Positions 27,901 through 41,613 of a DNA stretch of 64,000 nucleotides are shown here, in pieces. A program made the translations under genes and the position numbers. Below the pieces are notes generated by a model that made no database searches, was not told the origin of the DNA, and was given only the letters and a program-made list of their open reading frames with translations. The stretch is taken from assembly GCF_002113885.1 (NCBI RefSeq), contig NW_018404269.1:6108-70107 (forward strand). The letters run 5' to 3'. Numbering within the stretch: position 1 is the first letter of the stretch; each line of letters starts with the position of its first letter. This DNA comes from Mizuhopecten yessoensis. Taxonomy: Eukaryota.

Positions 27901-30900
27901 AAAATATTAAACAGATAAAGACTACATCAACGAACTCATAAATTTCGAAAAATTCGCTTGCATTACACTTACTCATGCAAATATATCAAAATCACATTAA
28001 GTATACTGCATGTTTGTATACATTTCCTAAATAATTTATAAAATGTTCATACTGAACACATGAAGGTTTTGGATTAAACAGTTACATAATCTTTCCTTAA
28101 TTGTATCTCATCAAGATAGATTCTTATTATTATAATCATTATGATTGTACTATTATCATAACGACGATAAGACATGTGATTACTACACATATCACATGAT
28201 ACTCAATATTTGATGCATTTTTACAAGAGTTACTCCCCCTACATCATTGTATTGCATATCATAACACATTCACACACAAATGATGATCCAGATTACGTAT
28301 TACACTGTACAAAATATATTGCATATTTCCCTCCGCTATCAGCAGAAAAACGCCTATGCCGTTGAAACGTGTCAATTATTTCGAAGAATTTTTCAGAATT
28401 TACGTCTAATCAATAACATTAGTTAAAATGAAAATACATATAACATATATCTGCCAAGCGGTATATATATTGAAACAAAAAACAAAAACCCAACAAATCT
28501 AAGTCACGAAAATATTTTGCAATAGACTGAATATAGCTCCTGGACTATTGATAATAACAAAAATAAGAGTCTGTGACATTTAATCCAGCGGGAAATTAAA
28601 CCGCTGTAGGTAGATTACGTATCGGGACTATCACGACGTGGGGGTGGGGGTGGGGGCGGGGGTGGGGGTGTTTACTTCATATGCTTCTCACCACAGGAAC
28701 TAAATAAAATACAAATACTAGCAGGCCTAATGTCACTTGACAAAGGCATGTTTACTTTTGAACTTTTGTTTGTGAGTTATAACAACACAACTGTTGAACC
28801 TACTGGCATCAGCTACTTGATTATTACTAACATTTCATAGGAAGACGAACACGTAAAACCGAAAATACGATGTCAATTCTGCAAATCTAAGACGAAATAT
28901 CTAAAAGGGTATACCAACAACTATGAGGATCAGTGACAATCACAAAACCTGATCTATTTTTACTGCGAATGCCTCCCTTTAAAATAGCCGGAAATTGTAC
29001 TAGTAATCGAAACAGGTGTCAGGTACAAATGTACTAGTAATCGAAACAGGTGTCAGGTATTTCTGATCGTTTACTTCCGTAATCTAGTTCAATTATATCC
29101 TTGTTTCTCTTTCCGGTATCATTAGCTATTCGGGCTGATTCATTTACTAAACATCTGGCAATAATACTAGTGCAGACCGGCAAATCTAGCTTGGCGTGCT
29201 CGCTTAAAAAAGTGGAATAAACGTGATCGAACTTTCGCTAAATAAAATGTTTTATCCATATGTTTACTTCCCTTTACAATCTTCCTCAGTAACACTCCTT
29301 ACTTGAACAAGCCCTGAATACACCAAAGACCAGGACATCTTTTATTTTATTTATTTTTTGGAATATTCATAACGTTAACTACTGTCATGGTAAGAGTCTT
29401 TGACATAAAACGTCTATTCTAAATAAATAATAGGTAAGGTCATTTCATTACAGATGAGGAAAAAATACAAACAACAATTTGTGGAAGCATTTTTAAGAAT
29501 TTTGAAATAGTATTTAAGCAATTAAAATAATTATCAATAATATTATCTTCACTTAATTGAAATGACCCATATACTTCTATTTCATAGAAATTTTGTATTG
29601 TAAATATTCTTATAGTCAATTGAATCATTAGCTAGACTATTTTCACTGTCCTTCAACATTTGAATTATTGAGCAGTAATGGGACTTTTGAATTACTGGGG
29701 TAAAATCACCCTCATATCATGCAAACCTTGTTGCTAATCGTGCATATAAAAGATTGATTGAAATGAGGAAAATGACGTCACTAATTTGTTGCCGCGACTT
29801 TATAATGTGCGTGACCCTATAGAGTAGAAATAGTGAGAAAGATAACTGTGTACAATTAAATCAAGGATTTTTAAAAAGGCATATAAAATACCATTATTGT
29901 ACTAATTTTCGGACAATTTTTACAAAACACAGAAGGCCAGACTGATGCGTGAGAGGAAACCCAAAAACTCACTTATAAATCTGTTGTAAGCGGATTTATG
30001 TATCGGGCATTTGTCTTTGTAATTTGAGTGGTCACGTGATAAATTAATAAAGTAAATATGCTTACAGTATACATAATTTAATAATTCGTATCAACAGAAT
30101 CTACCTCCCACGACAACAATTCAAAACGTATAGTTTACGCGAAAATTACAGTAACAACAGACAATAATTATCAAGTAACGCGGAGAACACCTTGTCATGA
30201 ATGTCAACGTTTTATTTTCACCGCCAGTAACTGTATTTTGTTTCAAAATAATAACCAAATAAAGAACGCACAATACAAGAAAGGGGACAATAGGTCATTT
30301 GAAAAAGCTATTTTCACAGCATTGTAACCTAGCTATCAGGAAAACAGATAAGATCAGCATTGGGAAGATCAAGAACTTTTATATAATCATAAGTCCGAAA
30401 TTCTATAGACATTGGTATTGTTGTAACAATTGATTTATTTAATGTATTGTTATTATTGTATATTTGAGTCCGGTGTAGAGTATGCTGTACTGGTAATAAA
30501 CTTAACTTAACATGTATTTATTTTTAGATAAAGTTGTTACTGTTTACAATATACTTATTTAGCTCCTTTGTATTATGTATAACACACCTGGACATTGGTG
30601 CAACTGAACCTATCGCTTACGTTCAAATTGTGATACTCCTAATATGAACGTATGACTAAATTATAAACACATAATGAAACCACCAATATACATATTCCGA
30701 AAAATATGTAATAACCTTAAATATATTTCGATATAAATTTTGTATGTCACCACCCAGCATCACTTACCCTCGTCTGCTGGATAACCGAACTACTCGGTAG
30801 TGAAGCGGACGTAAAACCAATCAACCAATCAATCGATCACTTACCTTGTACGAGATAATGCGTTGGAGTCTGCGACGGTTGGTCACTCGCTAAGCGAAGG

Positions 30901-31560
30901 TTTCCTTGCGTCGATTTTCCAATAACTTTCACTGAAAAAAATGTAAACAATTATTTTCGAAGCTTTGTATTTTGGCTACTTTAGAAATATAATTTCATTT
31001 CTCTTAGATACAAAATCAAAGGAACAGTCATCCAAAGGTGTATTAACGTTTACTTAGAATGCACAAGTAAATTATCTACATACTGACAGACATGACCCTT
31101 CGGTGTCTCATTTGGAAGTATTCATAGCTGAATTAATATGTGCATCATTCCTGCCAAATATGATGCAGTGCACGGGAACGTATTCCAATATCGTGTAATT
31201 CTAATGGTTTCTACATGACCCACTCTTGATTCAATGTTAATTGCCAAAAAGGAAAACTAAGTTGTCAAAGTTATAATATCCATATTAGATCGAAATTTTA
31301 AAGGAATTCCGCGTATGTACATGAAATACAAAAGATTAAAGTAACGTTGTCATGTTACACAGTGCAATAAAGCATGATTCAGTTTCACGTTCCATAACAA
31401 AAATATTCGACAAGGGGGACATATTGTCTTTGTTTGCGAGTTGTGGATGAGGTAGGACACCATACTTGTACATAAGTCCAGCACTACGTAAAGAAGTTGA
31501 TAGACAAGCTCAAAAAAGCCTAACCAATGTTAATGTTGTAATAATAATGCGAAAACAGGC

Positions 31561-31601
<41 letters not shown>

Positions 31602-34059
31602 TTTCTATATAAGACTTAATACAAAAAAAGTTATAGAGATTAATAATTCAGTAAAAAAATAATAAGTTACTGAGGGTTTTGTTAAACAGGATACATTGCA
31701 CATTTCCCCCTCAAAGAAACAAAGACTTACCATTATAGTATACAACACAGCCTTCACGTGTTGTGTCAGTGTTTTGTGGGCGCCATTTTATCTCAAATTT
31801 GGAACCCTTTTCGGAAAAAGTAGCGAGTTTTTTAAATGTTTTCTTTCTTAATTCCCCGCTCTCTGAGGTCCAGACTACTCTAGGTCGATTTTTAAGTCCA
31901 ATTTGAATGTCCAAAAAGTTGAGTGATAACCTAATGACGTCACTCGTACTCCCAAAACGTCTAATGCATGGTGTGTTAATGGTTCGTCCAGGGTTGTTGT
32001 AGCTACTGATAATACCACTGTCGGGGTTAATGGGTAGGGCTTCGTTTCCCGAACACATGTCGTGTATGGTACCTACAATATATTAGCAAACATAGAATTA
32101 CAAAGCAAATTATATATATACGAACACTCATCACAACCAGTATGTTAAATAGCGTATAACAAATTAATGGCGAAGTCACTAGTACTGTGTTCAATTATGT
32201 GAACGAGCAATACAAAATGGGGTGGTCGGGTGTTCAGTGGATAGCGCACTTGCCTTTCACCAAGGCGACCGGGGTTCGATTCCCCGTTCAGACGTGAAAA
32301 GGTATGGGGTTACCTGCCCGACCACATGGGTTTTGTCCGGGAACTCCGGTTGCCCCCGCATGCTAACATCCGGCCCAAATACAAGTGATTAATATAAGTT
32401 GAAATAACTTGTTTCATAGTAGAATTAAAAAAAATAACGTTTATAAAAAAATAACTTTTGCAAAACATTAAAAACTATATTTATATTGAAGATTTGAATG
32501 TTAAATGCATACATAATGAGTGTACTTAGATATAATTCTGATTTTATCAGGTAAAAATTAGAATTAAACCTACCTTTATCGACACATTTTGGGGGAATGA
32601 CAGACACATATGTCAACGGTTTCCCCTTGCATATTTTTCTCTGTCCCGGTAAGGGAACAAGTGTCTCCAGAATTCTTCGTAAATTTATAGAACAAGTCTC
32701 TTGGTTTGCGCATGCTTGAGTCTCCCTTTCCAGTGATTTACTCATTCCCAGACAATCATTTCCATTAAAAACGCACTTGCTGCTGTCTGAGTACCCAGCT
32801 ATGAGTTTAGGTGCCAGCATCACTTTGTGGCTGGGACAGGTGATATTCATGAAGTCGGCATGTCGTGTGACGCAGCGCGTCAGGAATTGTCCTGACCGGA
32901 GATCCGACACTATGTGAGAGAGAAAAAAGTTCTATAAACATGTAATAATCGAATTGATATCATAATCAATATTTCGTTCTAATTAAAAATCAAAGGGACA
33001 ATCGAGTGTTTGTCACAAATATGCAACCGTTTTTGCACAAACCAAATGTTCACTGTGGAATGCGTCCAAGGTCACTTCACGTGTCCTCCCATATCTCCAC
33101 GAGTGACAACATGCAGTCCTGTTTACAAACTAGTTTAAACAGTCTATAATTATGTGTAACCCCAGTGCTGCTTTAATTAAGATCCTTTAAACAAAAGTGA
33201 TGTTTGTAAACAAATTTTAGTGATTATCTGAAAACACTGAATTCCATTGTAGTACGTTTTAGTGACAAATATGATTGGATCTGTTAATTTACAAAGGTAG
33301 TTATATTTTTTCACATAGAGAAGTATAGCAATAAATACTATGCATTGGGAAAATTTCATTCAGTCAAACAACTGTATTCACTCTCGCTATATACTTACTA
33401 CATACTTATGTTGTGTGCTAAAATTCAGCCTTCATCAATTAATCCTCATCACCAATGGCGAAAAATTCTAAACTTACACTGCAGCGAACATTTTTCGGTA
33501 TTCATGTACAGTATTAAAATACGAATGAAAGCAATGACGTGATATTATCATTTCGTCTGCATACGTAATATGGAATGTATTATGTCAATGTGGTGTAGAT
33601 ACGTAACATGTAATGTATTATTCCCCCCGATAGTTTAGATAGACTTACCCAACTCTAGTTATAGAACCACGTGATCACGCTTAATTACGTTCGTTTACCT
33701 CTATAAACGTGCGAGTTTTCGTGTTTGTGTTCTGGATGTTGTATATGTGTTCAAGATTGTCTTGGTTCAGTAGCTCCAACGGTTCATTCATGGTGTCATT
33801 TACCACTTGAATCCTACTATACAGTGCAGATAGCCCCTTACTCAAAAACGGAACCATACCCCACCGTCTGAGGGTCATACTGTAACCTATGACTTATTGG
33901 TCATTTGGCCGAACACTAATAACTTCGCCATGCAGTCGCTGTATGTATTTTGGAGAACTATATGCATACATGTTTTAGTATTTTCTCACCTGTGACATTG
34001 ATTGCGCTGGTGATCCCGCTGAATACAAGGACGCTCGCGATCACTACCAAATTATCCAT
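24995..34059 (-). CDS. Gene A: secreted tandem (SUEL/Gal-lectin-like + CUB-like)x2 protein with basic C-terminal tail, 519 aa, 8 coding exons
   Basis: Exons 34059-33990 (signal peptide MDNLVVIASVLVFSGITSA), 32909-32574, 32072-31731, 30931-30845, 27781-27494, 26936-26815, 25652-25427 and 25083-24995. All are GT-AG with matching phases and total 1560 nt. CUB-like motifs: SGIISSYNNPG, TGIVRSHGKYPWHY, GSGFILHY. Lectin-like Cys patterns: ITCPSHKVM...C...C, MSCPRGKVIY...CYW. Confidence 0.85.
28640..28668 (+). other. Potential G-quadruplex (five G5 tracts) in an intron of gene A
   Basis: gggggtgggggtgggggcgggggtggggg. Confidence 0.6.
30759..30845 (+). mobile_element. 67-bp 5'-truncated SINE/LINE 3' tail with a 10-bp TSD (ATCACTTACC) that duplicates a splice donor
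   Basis: ATCACTTACC at 30759-30768 and 30836-30845 flanks an insert ending gacgtaaaaccaatcaaccaatcaatcg. Confidence 0.75.
31563..31601. repeat. (CAT)n microsatellite
   Basis: ~13 CAT units. Confidence 0.95.
32219..32440 (+). mobile_element. tRNA-derived SINE (V-SINE-like) in an intron of gene A
   Basis: A box (tgttcagtgg), B box GGTTCGATTCC, core GGGTTTTGTCCGGGAACTCCGGTTG and an A-rich end. Confidence 0.75.
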
Positions 34060-34093
34060 GGTGGAGTGGTCGTATCCCGGACATTGCGTCAAT

Positions 34094-34101
34094 CTTATAT
34101 A
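34094..34101 (-). promoter_or_regulatory. TATA box of gene A
   Basis: TATATAAG on the minus strand, 35-42 nt upstream of the CACCATGG start codon at 34059. Confidence 0.55.
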
Positions 34102-37100
34102 GCATGGTACAGGAAGTATCCAATGTTGTAAACGTCCTCATTTTAAGGAAGTATGTCATTTTCGAGCGTCTTATATGTTGAAATTTAAACAACACTGTTA
34201 ATTTATGGTAATTGTCTCTCCTAAATGGTATTTGATTAAATTTAAGATGTGAAAAATATAATAAAATATTCTTTTAATTTCTAATGTATGTGTTTTTCAT
34301 AAATGAAATACTTGTTATTTTGTTACACATTACAATATACTGAGCTACTTGGAAATGCGCAAAATATTATCTGAAACAATAACGAGAGATAGTATCTACC
34401 GACACACTTCAGAAAGCAACTTTTTGTGGTCGGATACTTGTATTAATTAATAATGTTGCCATCTGCCAATATCGCCCAAAGGTCAGAATCAACAGCAAAG
34501 ACATGCAATTCCTTATCGATTGTCTTCCTGATCAGTTATATCACTTTCGGTTCGGGACAAGTTCCAGTTTCTGTTCAGTGCGTTTAGAATATATAAAAAA
34601 TAAGATTGCCCGATACGAACGTCACCGATACTTTCCCATGTATGTACAATGCTGAACACGTCGGTCGTTTATAAAACTGTATTCACATAATCTCATTTAT
34701 CCCGGAAGAAAGTTTGTGGACAAACGACTGGTGCTTCTACCCCTGGTCTTCCTGGATGGATCGTCCAATCCTAGCTCTAATGCTAGTACAAAAAAAATTC
34801 ATTAATTCAAGGTTAAAATTAAGAATTATTATATCCCCAAGACCGAAATTATATGATGCAGAATTAATAAATTATCTTTATCGATTACTTTGGAATACAC
34901 CTTTGATTTTGCATGAACAACACAGTGAATATATATCCGATGGTAAAATCCGAGCTCAAAGTAGATTCACAAAGACAATAACAGGAACAGATAAATATTT
35001 CATAGTATTTCATAATGTCACTTTTATGCTGAATCAATAACAATTTGTTAGAAAATGCATTTATCGATACCACAGTGTAGTTTATTTTGTGTTTTTATCA
35101 ATTATAGTTTAAACTGTCGATAGCTACATGTATCTCTTTCATAAGTTCAAAAGGTCTGTAATTCCTAATTCCTTTATCAGCGCAGTCTCTATTAAAATAA
35201 GCGTTTATATTCTACCGTTGGGCGTTCTTCGTGTATAACACAATAATGATATTAGCACTTAGAGAATAACTTTCATATTTGTATATTATGAATATCAATT
35301 TAATATCAGTGTGGAAAATGAATGTAAAATAAACCGGCGATAGACACATATATGTAAACAATAAACTGTATAGAGTATCTTATTTACATGAATAACGATA
35401 CACAAGGCTCTGTCCTGATATCAGAGCAGTTAACGTCTAACTAGGTCAGCTGAGTATGTGTGGTGAACTAAGTGTGTGTGTGTGTCAATAGAGAAAACAC
35501 AGACAAGGAAGGAAACCCAGGAAGACGCGTCGACACATGGTACAGGTAGCATGTTAAATGGCTACCAGGTAGCGTCCTTTACGAAGTATTGATTGACACT
35601 GACCTACATGTGTGAATTTATGAAAATCATACTTGGAGTGTTAATATATGGGGTAAAAATGATACGGAAATTGTTTATGATGAAATAATACCGAAACTAG
35701 CGAGTCATCCATACGTAACTGTGTATCACATAACCATTGAGCGCATTATAGAAGGAATGCTTCATTCAAAATGCAATATCGTCATACTGTTAATGTAATT
35801 TATAAATAAGTATCTAGAAACACAGATAAATTTGTAAACATAATATGAAGGGGAATATTTCTCTTGCCAGAAAAGCGAGAATTTGAAACTATCTTAAGTT
35901 TTATTACACATATATTGTAAGAGTTCACTCCCTTAAATGTGCATAACGTACTGTGCTTATTTGATATACACCGATACACACCATGCTGGAACTATTTTAC
36001 AATGTAATAGAAGTAACTGTTTGATGAAGATAGGTACGGTCAGGTATGGTCCTACTGTTGTATTAATTAATTGTATTCGTATCTTCATATATTATATTAT
36101 TTTTATCACACTTTTCGTATCTGTTACTTTAAATATTTACATACCGGTATCTGTGTATCAACCCTAATTTTGTTAATGAAAATATATGGGAATATAAATA
36201 ATAACGTGCAATCTTTATGATAGGAGATTGAAATTTGGCTGTTTCTCCCACCAAAGGTAAGGCTTACTACCGAAACGCAGAGATTACATCACTTCTGACT
36301 TCTTAACAATGACAACATGAGAACAGCGCGCTACTGACCAGATGGCCAGATGCCACACCCATAGCGCACTATAGATGGCAGGGTTGGTTTGGTTTGGTTT
36401 AGTATTGTTATGGGACATGCATGTGGAAGCTGGTATCGTTCTTATTATCTGTTGATTGTGTCCTAGGAGGAAGGCCCGAGTGTCAAGTGCATCCCCCTCC
36501 TTTTTTGGATCAGTCAGTCTGTCTGTCTGTCTAGAATTGTCCTCTTGGCCATCAGTTGAGATCTGAGAGAGCTCAAAGGTTTGAATTGTGCTACCCCCAA
36601 CTTTCCAAGCGATTGTAAATCCTCCTCAGACCTTCAGAGATACTCAGCATGTAATGGCCACCTTGTTCTGGTTTTATATCTCCGAGACTGCCACTGCCTC
36701 AAATATTTATTTACTCGTAGACACAGATACTCATAGATTACTGTATATTCCCTTCGTAATGGTGGCACCCAGTTTGTTATTTAGGGTTCATATCACAGCT
36801 GGTTTGTGTTGCAGTGGATTTCACCTCTCGTTTGTATCTTAAAGGTATTATTTACTTACATTTGTACCTAAAAAATGAAGATGTTGGAATAAGGACAATA
36901 TGTATTACCTGCTGCACGAATATGTTCGGCACCACTCGACAATACCAGTGATCCCATCACGTCTCCCCGTTCCCTTTTACCTGTTTTATATATTGTTATT
37001 ATGCATGAGCATGTATCTATGTGTTTATGTGTTATATGAAATGAAATACAGTTTGAACTGATATCAAACATCAAATGTGTCTAAAAGATCAAGACAAGTC

Positions 37101-37116
37101 TAAAATATTGTACATG

Positions 37117-37306
37117 TATTCCGTCTTTGCGTATTGCAGAGTTATCTTCTCTTGAGAGCAGGTATTGATTGGTACGTCATTGGTTTGTGTGAAAAAATTA
37201 CGTCGTTTTCTCAAAAATTGATGACGTTATTCTCACAAACAAATGACGTAACAATCAATACCTGCTCTCAAGAGAAGATAACTCTGCAATACGCAAAGAC
37301 GGAATA
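37117..37306. mobile_element. ~190-bp palindromic MITE with TA flanks (copy 1)
   Basis: TA-TTCCGTCTTTGCGTATTGCAGAGTTATC...GATAACTCTGCAATACGCAAAGACGGAA-TA. The long inverted arms cover most of the element. Confidence 0.9.
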
Positions 37307-38756
37307 TAAAATCATGAATTAAAAAAGACTTTATTGCCGACGTAATTCAGGACGCTACTTACAAGCATTCAACTGTGTTGAACCAAGCTTTGCAGACAAT
37401 CGTTTTGTGAGCTAGCGATACGAAGTCCTGGTGCCATTAAATTTGAATTCGATTAACGGTATAGTTGATATTTTAGAAGGCTTCATTTTTGTAGCATATT
37501 AAGAGCCTTAACGACCCTGCTTATATACAGCGTTAGAAGTAGGTGGCTGAGACATCTCCAACATATTTAAGACTAACCTTAATGATATATCTTCCTTAAA
37601 ACCCGTAATTTTCTGTGTTTATTTTCTCAGAACTGATTACGCCTTGATTTCATATGAGAATGACTCATTCGCATTGCTCACGACTAACTACTTGACTGAC
37701 TGAAGCCGTCACGAACGTTATGATTACAAATATACACTCCTAATATTGAACGTAGTCCTAGTGTGTACTGTTTGTAATTTAAATGATGTTGAAGATTAGT
37801 TTCATTTTATGTTGAAATGTCCATATTATTCGGATTTGCGTGTTAATGTTTTGAAAAATTACTATGTAAAAAACCAAGTAGAATGTTTAAAATGATAAAT
37901 TATTAAATGTAAATAACACATAAGAACTTGTCAATTTGGCCAAATATATAAACGCAGCAAATGTAAGAAGAAATCAAATAACTTAATTTTTTTCACTCTC
38001 CATACTGTTTATACATTGCTGGTATTGTATTGTATGTATTGCATGTATTGTATTGCATTGTTTTGTATTGTATTGTCTGTAAATATGTAAATATATCTCC
38101 TTTTTGGAACCGATGGGTCAAATGACCCAATGTAATAAAGAACTTGAACTTGAACTACACAGCCTTAAACGGTAAAACAATTGTCGGCATTAATATGCGC
38201 AGAAGTGTTTGTCTACTTTGAGAAACGGAAGTTATTGCCTTACCCGGAATCCAACCCTAACTGTTTTGTTTACAACAAGCCCACGAGTTTTGTTTCAGTT
38301 TCGAATCATCACTTTTTCCAAGTATTTTCGCTTATATTAAGCATTGAAAATAGAAAATATTCGGGTTGTTCCTCATCACGGCGTTTCAGGCACTATGCCT
38401 CTTGTTACGATACTAGCACAGATTTCTCAGGAAATGATTCTATTGATAAATAGTATTAGATCAGAAGTACTAATTTAGTTTTGCAGAAGGGCTGTCTCAA
38501 AATCAGCAAACAACTAAGAGAAATAATAATAATAATATACAATATTTGTATAGCGCCCTATCTAGCTAGAATAAGCCACTCTAAAGTGCTTTACAATACA
38601 TAGATATATATAATTCATACAATAAATATAATTAGCATATACATCAATCAATACGAGTTTTTAGGAATTCGCAGGAGCTGCCTTATCAGGCGCTAGCTAC
38701 TAGTCCTATGCCACATGGCTAATATCCCCCATTTGTGTGTATGCCCGTGTGTGTAT

Positions 38757-39075
38757 GGAAGATGTGCTTTGTTGTGTGAAAGATGTGCTTTGTTGTGTGA
38801 AAGATGTGCTTTGTTGTGTGAAAGATGTGCTTTGTTGTGTGAAAGATGTGCTTTGTTGTGTGAAAGATGTGCTTTGTTGTGTGAAAGATGTGCTTTGTTG
38901 TGTGAAAGATGTGCTTTGTTGTGTGAAAGATGTGCTTTGTTGTGTGAAAGATGTGCTTTGTTGTGTGAAAGATGTGCTTTGTTGTGTGAAAGATGTGCTT
39001 TGTTGTGTGAAAGATGTGCTTTGTTGTGTGAAAGATGTGCTTTGTCGTGTTAAAGATGTGCTTTGTTGTGTGAAA
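38757..39075. repeat. 21-bp near-perfect tandem repeat (~15 copies)
   Basis: Unit gaaagatgtgctttgttgtgt. Confidence 0.97.
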
Positions 39076-41613
39076 TGAGAGTTCAGTCAAAAGCGTTCAA
39101 CAGAAATTGTGTAATTGGAGAGAGAAGCACCTGTATATAAAGTCAAAAAAGCTATGACGGACAGGTAAAAGGGTTATTGTTTATTTATTTTTTATACATG
39201 TGCCATTATTATTTACTTGTTTATTTTTATTATTATTCACTATGTTTTGGCGTTGGAGGTCCTATTGATCAGCAGCTTGTGTTTTTCGTTGTACAGAGAA
39301 GGTTGGTATTGTAAAACAAAATCAATTAGGCCTCTACGTTTGACCTTCAAGTCTTACATGTACCACACAGTTGTGACCTTGATTGATGAGTATATAATCA
39401 CCTCTATAAAATAACTTACCAATGGGTAAATGATCCCAATCAAAAGTGAGCTACCGCAGTAGATATTCTCCGATTAGGCTTCTACTGTGGAAGTTCACCT
39501 TTGACAGGATAAGCCTGCCACATCAGATGCATGTAGAATGACAGTTGCTTCACCTTCATGTCAAAGCTTCCGTGAAACATAGCATGACCCATGTCTCCCT
39601 AATAGTACACACTTGATCAATTAAACGAGACTTACCTGTTGAAATTTGATTGGAATTCTACTTAATATTGTCTAGGACGGAGGAAGTACATGGCCACCAA
39701 ATAGATATTATGAAGGTGAAAAAACAAATCCTTTGTTTCTCATTGCTTTTAGTACATCACGGTCTAAGATAATCCTTCAGAGGCGAAATTGTTCTTTTAC
39801 GTTCTCATGACAATTAATAGACGTGACTTTAAACAAGTTGTATCAGAGGTATTCTATTTACAAGTCAGTAACAAAGAAATGTAATATGATTTTGACCGCG
39901 ATACATTTGAACATTACAAATCAAAAACTTATCTGGGGCTGTACTCATTATATGTATCTGAAACTTTTTATTGAATGTGAAAACATGAATTTAAACCCTG
40001 AGCTTAACATTTAAATGCAAAGTTTACAAATTAGGACTTTTTGAAGAAATTTAACAAGAGGAACATGTTGATTAGGCTTCCGTATTGATTAACAGTTAAT
40101 TTCTACCGTGTACCGCATCATCCTTACAATACTGACTTTTAAACACTGAATACTGTTAATCACAATCGGTAAACATTGCACTCGAAATTCCCAAAGAGTA
40201 ATGTCATTATGGAGCTACTGAAATATTAGGACCCCGCTCCATGTCTCTAACCCAACCATCGGCCCATCACCAATGTCAGTCTGTCATTTTCATACAAACA
40301 AAATAGCTGACACAAACAATAGGACAACCTTTTTCTGTAGAAAAATGGTAAAGCGAACAAGTAGCAGACGGACGAATGTAGGCTAGCAGACGGACGAGTG
40401 TAGGCGTCGGTGAATTGGGCAAAGAAAACGTGATTGTTGTGTCACTCATAGACGGGACAAGGAAATATCATAACGGGGAAATCCTTTTGAGGATCATGAA
40501 AAGTAATAAAGACATAACTGGCTTTTATGTTATCCTATAGAAATTGTTTGGTTGCCTACGTGCATAGACCAGTACACCTACGTACTATTATCGGTCAATT
40601 AGTACAGAAACAAATGCTATAAATCACGGACAAATAAAATAATCTTCAATAAGTGTTTTTGAATACGTTATTGTTTACTGGGTAATAACGTGGCAACATC
40701 TCTCTTTTAATCAGAATGCGGATATTGCCGAAAACAATCAAGACATATGAGACAACAACACTATCCTACTGATAGATGTTTTTATTATTTTCCGCATTCT
40801 TAGAATTTAAAATGTGTTAAACATATTTATGTGAATCATCGCCCATCATCTTAATGAATAACACTGTGAAACTTTTCTCAGATACGGTGATGCACGTAAC
40901 AAAAGTCATTTTATGTGCTGGCGGAGGTGTACGTGTGTTGAGAGAAGCTGACTCGTTATAGTTGGCAGGAGATCTTTGATTGTGTTTAAGACTTAAGGTA
41001 CCTATGTTTAAGTGTTACATTTTTTTCGTAGTAATAGTTGCGTTTACTAAATGTTTAACAGTCCAATATCAAATAATATTAATTTGTAAAGTTTTCAATT
41101 TTGACAGTAGATATACTTGTGTACGTTGAATGTGTCTCTCTATTATGTTCGAAGAGAATTTTGTGTCGCTTCGTGTTGATAATAGGGAGGTTGTTTTGGT
41201 AGTATCTTTGTGTTACAAGTAAGGTCACGGGAGAATGATTGGTCTGATAAGTGGTTCTTTGTGTCATTGACATCGCCTGGTCATAATATATCAATTAAAA
41301 GGATACATCATCATACATTCATTATATCAAACCATGTAAAAAACAAATCAACGATGTTTAAAATATTTACTGTGCAGACAAATACAAGTAATATTTCCGC
41401 AATCAAAATCTGAAAAAAGACGGACATTTCCATATCATTGTTACAATTCAAATAAAAAAAAACTATCAACTTCAAATATAATGTTTTATAAACATTGTCT
41501 TTGTAGGTGCCGTACCTGCCAAGAAAGCAAACATATACAATGCAAGAATTTCAAAATGTTGATTCATACAGTTATAAATGGTACAACGCCATTCTTTCCA
41601 AATAACATCAACC

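Noticed and set aside
33681-33878. Possible extra exon of gene A (IQVVNDTMNEPLELL...)
   Set aside because: No phase-1 acceptor was found, and exon 1 splices in frame directly to 32909.
38715-39090. Cys-rich (CALLCER)n and (HTTKHIF)n ORFs
   Set aside because: Perfect 21-bp repeat open in several frames; not protein-like.
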